A stretch of 44,270 bases of DNA from a virus. Its lineage: Duplodnaviria > Caudoviricetes. The stretch lies in IMG/VR virus record IMGVR_UViG_3300037473_000512, positions 1 to 44,270 of that record; one strand, written 5' to 3'. Positions 1 through 8,096 of this stretch are shown in pieces. Within the stretch, counting starts at the first letter, position 1. The number at the start of each line of letters is the position of its first letter. Below the pieces are notes generated by a model. That model was not told the origin of the DNA, did not search any database, and saw only the letters and a program-made list of their open reading frames with translations. The position numbers and the translations under genes are program-made.

Positions 1-1521
1 GTCCATGATGACAAGCCACCAGGTTCCGTTGATCTGCGTCCCCCTCAGTCCTGGCCTGATCCCCGTGTAGATCGTCTGACCGTAGGTACCCGACGGAGGG
101 GGATAGGAGACTTCCCTGATCGTATCAAGAAGTGGATACACCGGCCTGATGTTCAACGGACCCAGGTTCCCTCCCCTGGTATCGAACTCTCCCGGTCCGA
201 CCGTTCCTCCCGGCCCCGTCAGCCACCCATCGGGAACGGTCCCCGTGTTCGCGGGAATGTTCTGCCCGTGGGCCCTGTTGTCCATGAACCAGGGGAAGTG
301 ACTTCCCCACGCCCTCCCGTATCCGAACGCCGCCTCGTTTGTTCCTGTCAGGGCACCGCCTGCGACGCCAGGAGAGTTGCCAGAGAGTATAGATTCTGGA
401 AGCACCTGCGTCAACCCGCTATACAACTGATCGACGTGCCGGGGATTGGCGATCTGGGAAGAATCAGAGAAGATCGTACGCATGTGGCGATCCGTGTCCC
501 ACACGGGAACGGTCACGTCTATGGAGGTGTTTCCACCGCCGTGTGATCCGTAGCGGATGGTACTTCCGAAGTGACCCGAACCAGAGGTCACCTGGGCTGT
601 GAAGTTCCAGTATGCGCCCGAGTCCCAGAGGATGAACGTGTTCCTGTAGAACTCTTTGAAGGCCTCGATTATGTCGTGATTGCTCGCGTCAGCCAGATCG
701 GATGGGACGATGTTCTTGAGATTCGTGTAGTCAGAGGAGACATCGGGGTTCGTCGAGGGCTTTATCCTCGGATCGTTCCACGAGGGTACACCGTAGAACC
801 CCTTCAGACTCGGGGATCTGAGACCGACGGAGAGACACCCTAGACCCCATCCGTTGGCTTGGTTTCCGGCGGAAGTGTTGGCGTTGGCCGACGCCTCGTC
901 ATTCAACAGCTCGACCCAGACCTTGATATCACGCAGGGTCCCGTAATCAGGGACATTGATCGGGATGGCCCAGGCCTGCTGAGGCCAGTGAAGATTGTCA
1001 AAATCAAGCTTCGCGCAGAACACTCCAGATATCGGGACAAACGATGCGGTGGCGCCCGTAGATGTCGATCCCGTAGCCGAAAGCTTCACTGTGACAAGGG
1101 ATGTTTCCAGCGAGGCAGAGACCTTGTATATCTTCGTGACGAGCCTACTACCCTTTTCGTAGAAGAGAGAAGCGGAGGCTGGCACGGCGGTAAGTTCCAG
1201 CGCATACGTACCGCTGAACCAACCGTTGACCGAGGCCGGCAGCGACGACGAGAGGGCCGGTCCGACGAAGGCCTGGTTGATCCCCGTCCCAGCCTGCGTC
1301 CACGACGGGATCGTCGCTGGTTGTGTCGAGGGCGTGGTGCCCGCGTATCCAGATTCTCCGACGTCCGACATCTTCAGCTGGCCGGTGAGCAGCTTTTTGT
1401 ACTTCTCTCTGTAGTCTACCCGACGAACGTTGGTAGAACCGATCGAAGAAGTGTCCGGAGCGACTACGTTGACGTAGCTTTCGTAAGAACCCGAGATGTT
1501 CGCGATTCCTGGATTGATCAT
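1..1521 (-). CDS. Virion protein with proprotein-convertase P-domain-like motifs (3' end runs off the window; not in the ORF track)
   Basis: Manual translation from ATG at 1521 (MINPGIANISGSY...) stays open for 507 codons to position 1. Contains INVPDYGTLRDIKVWVEL, LSVGLRSP and GTQINGTWWLVIMD, resembling P-domain strands. Confidence 0.75.
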   Translation of the reverse strand, partial: MINPGIANISGSYESYVNVVAPDTSSIGSTNVRRVDYREKYKKLLTGQLKMSDVGESGYAGTTPSTQPATIPSWTQAGTGINQAFVGPALSSSLPASVNGWFSGTYALELTAVPASASLFYEKGSRLVTKIYKVSASLETSLVTVKLSATGSTSTGATASFVPISGVFCAKLDFDNLHWPQQAWAIPINVPDYGTLRDIKVWVELLNDEASANANTSAGNQANGWGLGCLSVGLRSPSLKGFYGVPSWNDPRIKPSTNPDVSSDYTNLKNIVPSDLADASNHDIIEAFKEFYRNTFILWDSGAYWNFTAQVTSGSGHFGSTIRYGSHGGGNTSIDVTVPVWDTDRHMRTIFSDSSQIANPRHVDQLYSGLTQVLPESILSGNSPGVAGGALTGTNEAAFGYGRAWGSHFPWFMDNRAHGQNIPANTGTVPDGWLTGPGGTVGPGEFDTRGGNLGPLNIRPVYPLLDTIREVSYPPPSGTYGQTIYTGIRPGLRGTQINGTWWLVIMD

Positions 1522-1526
1522 ATAGC

Positions 1527-2891
1527 TCACGGAAGCACCGCTCTCCAACCGTTGTTTATCTGGACTTGACCCGCCCGATTCGGATGGGTGAGATCTCCCG
1601 AATCGAAAAGTCCATCCATAAGCGATGGATCTACGACGTCAGCAATTCCTCCGGCAAACCTCGATGCGGCGGCATCGTATACACCGGCGATCCCCAACGA
1701 AACATATGTTGACAGGACGGTAGAATTGAATCCCGTGCGTACGACCTCCGTTCCAGGATAGCCAGCCTGAGGGGGGATCGTCCAGGCGTAGATGGGACCC
1801 GATCCCAACGTCTGAAGCTTGACTATGATCGCCTGAAGAGCTGTCAACATCGTCGGTAGATCATTGTAGTTCAGATCGTTCGTCCCGAGCTGTATGACGA
1901 CTTCGTTTCCCGGAACAATATCGGAAAGAGTATCCCAGAGAAACGGGTACGTCCCGGGACTTCCAAAGGTCAAGAGAGAACCGTACTGAACGACCGACTG
2001 GATGCTGACCGCACAGTCGTTCTCGGCCGCAAAGAGATTCCATGAAGCGCTGAGGAATCCGACAGATCCTCCCGTCGTGTAACCGCCCGAGATCGAATCT
2101 CCTAGAACGACGATCTTTCTCTTTCTTGTTTCGTAAGAAAAATCAAACCAGAAGTTCGGATTGGAATTGGGGCCAGTGATCGTCGGTGGCGGATCGACGG
2201 TTAGGTTGGATTCCGTGTAGTTTCCAAGATCTGTCCCAAGACCGTGTCCGAATATCGGATCTGGAAAGTTGTACAAAAAGACTAGCTTGTTGTCGACACC
2301 GAGAGGAAGATTTCCGAGTGCCTGTGTCGCGAACCTGCCATCTCCAGGAAGAGCCAACGTAAAATCCAAGAGGGAAGGGGTCGATGGGTTTCCTGTCCCA
2401 TCGGAAGTGTACACGGCCATGGACGAGGTGACATCGGCGCCCACACCGGCGTTATACATCCTGTTCGATCCGCTGATGGCGATGTTTGTCGCGTCTGACG
2501 GAAAAGGAAAGGGAATCGTGTAGACTCGATTGATCCCGAGCGGACCAGCTGAGGTAAACGGGATCGGAGCGGCAGACCTGAACAGAGAAGGAGCACTCGA
2601 CGGAGGATTTGGATCGATGAAAAAACCGCCCTTGGGTATCAGGGGTCTCCTGTTCGCAAATCTGTTGCCGATTACCCCAGACAGAGAGTTCTTGTCCGAT
2701 GATTCGAAAAGAACATTGACGGTACTGTTGACACGGTTACTCTCTGCGGATCCGAACTCGTAATCGACACCCGCCTTCTTGTTGGCGAAGCGTATCCCTC
2801 GAAGGTTGATCGTCCTCTTACGAGGGATTATCGAGGAGTTGCTTACTGGATCTCCACCGAATTGAGAAGAGAACCTAAAAGAAAATGGCAT
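1527..2891 (-). CDS. Virion-associated protein with C-terminal SGNH/GDSL hydrolase domain
   Basis: KIVVLGDSIS (block I), VVIQLGTND (block III), DLTHPN (DxxH block V); lies in the tail gene run. Confidence 0.8.
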   Translation of the reverse strand: MPFSFRFSSQFGGDPVSNSSIIPRKRTINLRGIRFANKKAGVDYEFGSAESNRVNSTVNVLFESSDKNSLSGVIGNRFANRRPLIPKGGFFIDPNPPSSAPSLFRSAAPIPFTSAGPLGINRVYTIPFPFPSDATNIAISGSNRMYNAGVGADVTSSMAVYTSDGTGNPSTPSLLDFTLALPGDGRFATQALGNLPLGVDNKLVFLYNFPDPIFGHGLGTDLGNYTESNLTVDPPPTITGPNSNPNFWFDFSYETRKRKIVVLGDSISGGYTTGGSVGFLSASWNLFAAENDCAVSIQSVVQYGSLLTFGSPGTYPFLWDTLSDIVPGNEVVIQLGTNDLNYNDLPTMLTALQAIIVKLQTLGSGPIYAWTIPPQAGYPGTEVVRTGFNSTVLSTYVSLGIAGVYDAAASRFAGGIADVVDPSLMDGLFDSGDLTHPNRAGQVQINNGWRAVLP

Positions 2892-2900
2892 CCTTCTCCC

Positions 2901-5171
2901 TTACATCGCCAAGTTGGTAGTAAACGTGTTGCACAAGAACCGCGCGGGGCCGACGGTCATGTTCTGGCTTGACGCCGCGGCCGTGACATTACCGCCCCAT
3001 TGCGGGGCCAAGTTCGTCGCTGGCTGGTTCGCCGATATCGTCGCGACAGGATTGTTGTTTATGTAGAACCTTGCCTGCGCAGCACCGGTCGGGGTTCCCG
3101 AGCCATAGAACTCGATCCTAAACTTCTGCATCGTGCTGGCCACGGGAGCGACACCCGTGTCAACGGCAGTCGCGGTCGTGCCGTTGTCAGAAACGGCCTG
3201 CCAGTTCGTGTTAGCGCTGGCCTTCCTGAAGTAGTACCCTCGGGGGAGCGCGTTCGTGATCGTACTGTTGCAGAGACCGTGTGTCCAAGTGACGTTGTTC
3301 GCACCGACGATCGTAAGATAGGCGTCCCACTCGAAGACGAAATAGAAACCGTTCAGTCTAGACGTATCTACGAAGTAGACCCTGTTGGCCAGCGCCAGCT
3401 GCGAACCGGAAGCAGTTCCAGGGTTGACGTTCAACAAAAAGCCAGCGATCGGATAACCGGAAACAGACGAGCCAGCCGAAATACCGGTCGGAGATCCTGC
3501 CTGGATCGCGGTGTACCGATTCGAAGAGTTCGTGATCGGAACCTGCAAGTTGTTGCTGACGCCCTGCGTCCAGTCCCAGTTCTCTCTCCAGTCCATGAGG
3601 CCGCCAAGGGACGGGATTCCCTGAGAATCTAGTCCGAACCTCACGTTGCCAAGCGAATCCCTGACGACCATCAGAGAGCCTGTCGTGTTGCCGATGCCCT
3701 GGATGCTCACCGGGTTGGATCCAGAGGCCCCGGTCGAACCGGTGATGGTGACAAGCTTCGCGACGATATTGTTCCACGGGGTCGTGACGGCACCGATGGT
3801 CAGGGCACCGTTGTTGTACGGAGAGAAGGAGGTCCCGTCGATGAACGCCTGGGCCACGGCGTTGTAGTAGAAGTATATCGTGCTGGTCTGCTCGGCGATT
3901 CCCGAACCGTTGAAGCCGACGAACTTCGTGTTGAGGGTCGTGCCCTGAAAAAGGGTGCTGACCGTGTCGTTATAGATCCTGGCGATCTCGGCTGGGGCGC
4001 TCGTGTTCTGGTAGATCGAGAACTCAGAAGTACCAGAAACGGTGACACGCACCTCGGTGGCGTTCACGTTTCCAAGCTTGAGGATCTGGTTGGCCTGTGG
4101 GGCGTCCAGGACCTGAAAAGCTCCAGAGATGCCCGTCATGGATTTCCACGGGAATGCCGTCGAACCAAAGCTCAGAGAAGCGGAACCGCCGGGAGTAACG
4201 GAAGCAGAGAGAAGGATGCTCGCCCCGCTGCGACCCACGTTGACGATTGAAGCCGAGATGGTACCAACGTTCAGGGTTCCAAGAGATCCCGTGACATCGA
4301 TTCCAGTGTTCTGGGCGGGGAACATGAAAGTTCCGTCTGATCGAATGTAGGCTAGTTCTCCACCGCCAGAACGAAACAACACGACCTTGTTGTTGTTGCT
4401 AAGAGTTGAGTTCGTGTCAAACAGATGACCGTTGTTTCCGACAGCATTGGAAACAAACGAACGATAGACCAATTGGGCATTGTCTGGAAGACTGATGATG
4501 CTAGAGGCACCATTGAGAACTTGGAAAACAGTTCCCATTGAGGAGCCCTGGTTCTTGACGACGACCGGTCCCTTTGTAGAGTTCGCGAGCAGGATGTTTC
4601 CAGAGACATCCGACGCCGCGTCGTAAGAGGCCGAAAGGGACGGTACATACGTCAGTCCCGTCCCGCCTCCGGAAGACGCCGTAGATCCCGAGGTCACCTG
4701 TCCGTACTGGTTGACCTTGATCTGGCTGTTGTACGTGCCAGCGGTTCCCGTCGGGCTGAGGCTCAGTACAGCCGTGGACCCGGTGAGAGGACCCGAACCC
4801 TGGAGACCTGCTCCGGCAACCAGCTGGAAGGATGCGGAAACGTTGTTCCTTCCGATCGAGTACTTCTGGTCCTGTCCGTCACGGGTGTGAAGCCACTTCT
4901 GACCGTTTGAATCAAGCCAATCGAAATCACTGGCATTCTGGTTCGGTCCAGCGGAACCAGTCGGGGCCGCGGCAGAGCGCTGGTATCCAAAGAGAGTTCC
5001 CGACGTGATCCCAAGGCCCAGCTCGACGATGGATTGCATCGCGGCGTTCCAATCGGATGAGCTGAGATATTGGGTGACGTCTGCACCAGCCGGGATCGGC
5101 TGGGCATCTCCCTTCGGAAACTGAAGAGCTCCTAGGCTTGACGTCAGATTGTATGGAAAGTTGATGCCCAC
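2901..5171 (-). CDS. Tail fibre / receptor-binding protein (756 aa)
   Basis: S/G/T/N-rich beta-type sequence; GTG start; N-terminus similar to that of the neighbouring 967-aa protein; lectin-like C-terminus (KFRIEFY...ARFYINN). Confidence 0.65.
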   Translation of the reverse strand: MGINFPYNLTSSLGALQFPKGDAQPIPAGADVTQYLSSSDWNAAMQSIVELGLGITSGTLFGYQRSAAAPTGSAGPNQNASDFDWLDSNGQKWLHTRDGQDQKYSIGRNNVSASFQLVAGAGLQGSGPLTGSTAVLSLSPTGTAGTYNSQIKVNQYGQVTSGSTASSGGGTGLTYVPSLSASYDAASDVSGNILLANSTKGPVVVKNQGSSMGTVFQVLNGASSIISLPDNAQLVYRSFVSNAVGNNGHLFDTNSTLSNNNKVVLFRSGGGELAYIRSDGTFMFPAQNTGIDVTGSLGTLNVGTISASIVNVGRSGASILLSASVTPGGSASLSFGSTAFPWKSMTGISGAFQVLDAPQANQILKLGNVNATEVRVTVSGTSEFSIYQNTSAPAEIARIYNDTVSTLFQGTTLNTKFVGFNGSGIAEQTSTIYFYYNAVAQAFIDGTSFSPYNNGALTIGAVTTPWNNIVAKLVTITGSTGASGSNPVSIQGIGNTTGSLMVVRDSLGNVRFGLDSQGIPSLGGLMDWRENWDWTQGVSNNLQVPITNSSNRYTAIQAGSPTGISAGSSVSGYPIAGFLLNVNPGTASGSQLALANRVYFVDTSRLNGFYFVFEWDAYLTIVGANNVTWTHGLCNSTITNALPRGYYFRKASANTNWQAVSDNGTTATAVDTGVAPVASTMQKFRIEFYGSGTPTGAAQARFYINNNPVATISANQPATNLAPQWGGNVTAAASSQNMTVGPARFLCNTFTTNLAM

Positions 5172-5182
5172 TTTCTACTCCA

Positions 5183-8086
5183 TCACCCCGCCCTGACCCA
5201 CCACTTGTAAGTCGTGGAGGGCGGGAGCTGGGCAGACCCGGCCCGGATCACATACCCGGAACCGTTCAGGTTGAATGTCGTGTCAGAATCGATGTACGGT
5301 TGGTACGATCCGGTCAGCGAGGCGGCCGCACCGTTCGCGGGAGAGAGATACATGAACGGAGGGGTCGCGTAGTTCTGGCTGAAGCTGGCAGAGAGGATCG
5401 CCTGGCTCGCGACGGTAGCCGTTCCGACAGAGATCGTCCAGAGGGCCGCGCCGTCAGAACCGGAGACAGTGTACGAAGCTCCGGTCCCCGCGCCGTCCTT
5501 CAGGGTCCCCGATGGCGCGGCGGCGCGATACGGATTGAGCTGCGACCAATCTCCCTGCGTGGTGCTCTTCCCAAGGAAGACATACCCAGTGTCCGACCGC
5601 CTGACCATCTCGTTGCCGTAGTAGGGCGTGGCCGATCCGAGGGTGGTCGCCGAACCAAAGACACGACGCATGTCATAGACCTTGCCGCCACCTCCGGTGT
5701 TGCTTCCGTAATCCTCAGTGTTGTCCTTCCAGATGAACTTCGTGCACTCCACGAAGAACGTATCCGAACCAGTGTTGATGTTTCCAGCACTCGAGGGGAA
5801 AGTCCTCGCGAGGGCACCGCCACCGAACCTATTGTTCTGGACACGCATCGTGAGGATGCTTCCAGTCGTCATGTTCTGGAAGAAGAAAAACTCAGACTGC
5901 GTTCCAGATGTGAAGACGTCTTGGATATCCACGGATTCGATCGAGGTGGAGCTGCCACCCTGATCGAGCAGGAGGACTCGCCACGGCGAATCGAAGTTTC
6001 CCCTCACACTCAGGTTCCTGATTCCACCGGCAGAAGTACCACCGACACGGACGGCAGAAAAGGCGTTGGCGCAGTTCGTAAAATCGAGCTGGACATCCTT
6101 GCTTCCAGAACCGACACGGAGTCGGACTCCGTTGAAATTCTGAACCGAGGCGCTGTTGAAGCAGTCGATGTCCAGACGAAGCAAACGCAACCCATCGACG
6201 TTTGAGCTGGCCATCGTCGTGCTGAAATCGATGATGGCATGATCATCTGTGCTGGAAGCGGAGGTGTGACCATCTCGTGATACGAAACCATCGACGAGCA
6301 GACCCTCGGCTGTTCCCGAGACAGTTCCGAACTTGTTCACCGAAAGCGCGGCGGTCGCATCCCAGTTCTCTACACGGATATCACGCAGGGTGATCATGTG
6401 TGGTGGGAGGCTCTCGAAGTTCACGTCGTCATCGATGTAGATGGGGTTATTCGTCATCCCCTCCATGAAGACGTTGCTGACCATCATGTTCGAACGAACA
6501 CGCATGCCACGTTCGAAGTTTCTCATCCTGAGACCTGTCACCGGATCCCTTCCGCAGACTCCCTGGATGTTGTTTGCGATGAGCGGAAAGACGCCGTCCT
6601 GGTTGATCGGAATGGTGCTGCTTCCCGACCCGATCCCGCCGAAAGCGTGAAGGTGAGCGACGGTCGGACGTTGCCAACCGTTCACGTCGTTGTCGGTGGT
6701 CTGGATGGCCACAAGATCGGAAAGGAGGAAATTTCCGACCTCGACCCAATAGTGGGATGGGATGAACCAGGAACCCGTGATCCTAGTATAGCCGACGTTT
6801 CTGCTGGTGCAATCGATGATCCGGGCTGGAAAGCAAGAACGGAGGAACCAGCTTTCGACATTGCACTCGTTGGCATGTCCTTTGACGATGCTGATGTCGT
6901 AGTTCACCATTCCGTTGCCACTCACGGCCACCGGGATCGATGGGATGCCGAGGGCCGCGGCCGTATAGTTCGCGGGGACCTCTCTGAACTGAATGCCGGC
7001 GCGATCTCCGAATCCCGATGGAGTGAGGTATGTCGGGATCTTGGAAGAGACTCCATCGCGGTAGTGGCTCGGGCAGAAGGCTGCCCAGTTGCTGCATCCT
7101 CCTCCGGCGATGCCGTTGAACGTGTTGTTCTCTGTCCGAACGTTCTGGAGAAGGGCTCCAGAAGTCTGCCAGAAGACAAGACCGTTGAAGTAACCGTTCC
7201 TGACAAGCAAGTTCTCGAGATAGATGTTCTGGCAAGGAGTGGCGTTGTCGTTTCCCGGGAGGAACTCGATCAGAGCATTCGTCCGTCGGGCGGCAGCTGC
7301 GATGTTGTTCGTGCCGCGACCGAAATCGGTCGTTCCCGTCGGGTAGGTCATACTGTCGCGGTTGCCGTCGACGATCCAGCTTCCGACCATCGAAAACTTC
7401 GGCAGTCCCCTGACCTGCATGATCGGGACGTGTTCTACCTTGCTGCCCGCGTCGGTATTCACGACAGCTCCAGAGGCGATCGTGAGAATCGTATCGTTCC
7501 CCATCATGAACGAGCACGAAACGTTGATGATCGACGAACCGGAGGTGATCACATACGTACGACGTGGGAAACTCAATGGCTGGCCAGAATTGACGGCAGC
7601 CTGGATCGTCTGGGCGTCGGTGTACCCGGACTGACGGAAGCTCTCGACATCCACGATGGTTCCAGTGACCCACTTGACGCCAAGCGAACCAACCTTATCG
7701 ACCGCGAGGACTGACCCGGCAGAACCGGTCGAGAGCACAACGAAGGTGGTTCCATCGTACACCAGCATGTCGCCCTTGCTGACGACAGCACCCTTGGCGA
7801 CAAGCTGATCGGTCCCAAATCGAGTGAAATGTAGGTTGCCAGAGGCGGCCCACATTCCGACTCCAGACCCGCTGACGAAGTTCAGGAAGCCCGGAGCCTC
7901 CTTGAACCCGAAGAGCGATCCAGAGATGATCGCCTGCTTCGTGTCCTTGAGGGACTCGACCGCTCCATTCCAGCTGGAAGCGACGATGAAGTTGTTGATG
8001 TTCTCCCCAGGACCCAGTGCGTTCAGATCCGTCTTGGGGTATTCGAGCGCTCCGTAGCTCGATGTATCGCTCGCGACAAAAGACAT
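5183..8086 (-). CDS. Tailspike / depolymerase-like protein with parallel beta-helix (967 aa)
   Basis: DAQTIQAAVNSG..LSFPRRTYVIT (pectate-lyase-3-like start), IVDGNRD, repeated beta-helix rungs (NIYLENLLVRNGYFNGL, LLQNVRTENNTFNGI); phage KGDMLVYDGT motif near the N-terminus. Confidence 0.75.
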   Translation of the reverse strand: MSFVASDTSSYGALEYPKTDLNALGPGENINNFIVASSWNGAVESLKDTKQAIISGSLFGFKEAPGFLNFVSGSGVGMWAASGNLHFTRFGTDQLVAKGAVVSKGDMLVYDGTTFVVLSTGSAGSVLAVDKVGSLGVKWVTGTIVDVESFRQSGYTDAQTIQAAVNSGQPLSFPRRTYVITSGSSIINVSCSFMMGNDTILTIASGAVVNTDAGSKVEHVPIMQVRGLPKFSMVGSWIVDGNRDSMTYPTGTTDFGRGTNNIAAAARRTNALIEFLPGNDNATPCQNIYLENLLVRNGYFNGLVFWQTSGALLQNVRTENNTFNGIAGGGCSNWAAFCPSHYRDGVSSKIPTYLTPSGFGDRAGIQFREVPANYTAAALGIPSIPVAVSGNGMVNYDISIVKGHANECNVESWFLRSCFPARIIDCTSRNVGYTRITGSWFIPSHYWVEVGNFLLSDLVAIQTTDNDVNGWQRPTVAHLHAFGGIGSGSSTIPINQDGVFPLIANNIQGVCGRDPVTGLRMRNFERGMRVRSNMMVSNVFMEGMTNNPIYIDDDVNFESLPPHMITLRDIRVENWDATAALSVNKFGTVSGTAEGLLVDGFVSRDGHTSASSTDDHAIIDFSTTMASSNVDGLRLLRLDIDCFNSASVQNFNGVRLRVGSGSKDVQLDFTNCANAFSAVRVGGTSAGGIRNLSVRGNFDSPWRVLLLDQGGSSTSIESVDIQDVFTSGTQSEFFFFQNMTTGSILTMRVQNNRFGGGALARTFPSSAGNINTGSDTFFVECTKFIWKDNTEDYGSNTGGGGKVYDMRRVFGSATTLGSATPYYGNEMVRRSDTGYVFLGKSTTQGDWSQLNPYRAAAPSGTLKDGAGTGASYTVSGSDGAALWTISVGTATVASQAILSASFSQNYATPPFMYLSPANGAAASLTGSYQPYIDSDTTFNLNGSGYVIRAGSAQLPPSTTYKWWVRAG

Positions 8087-8096
8087 GGTAGATTAA

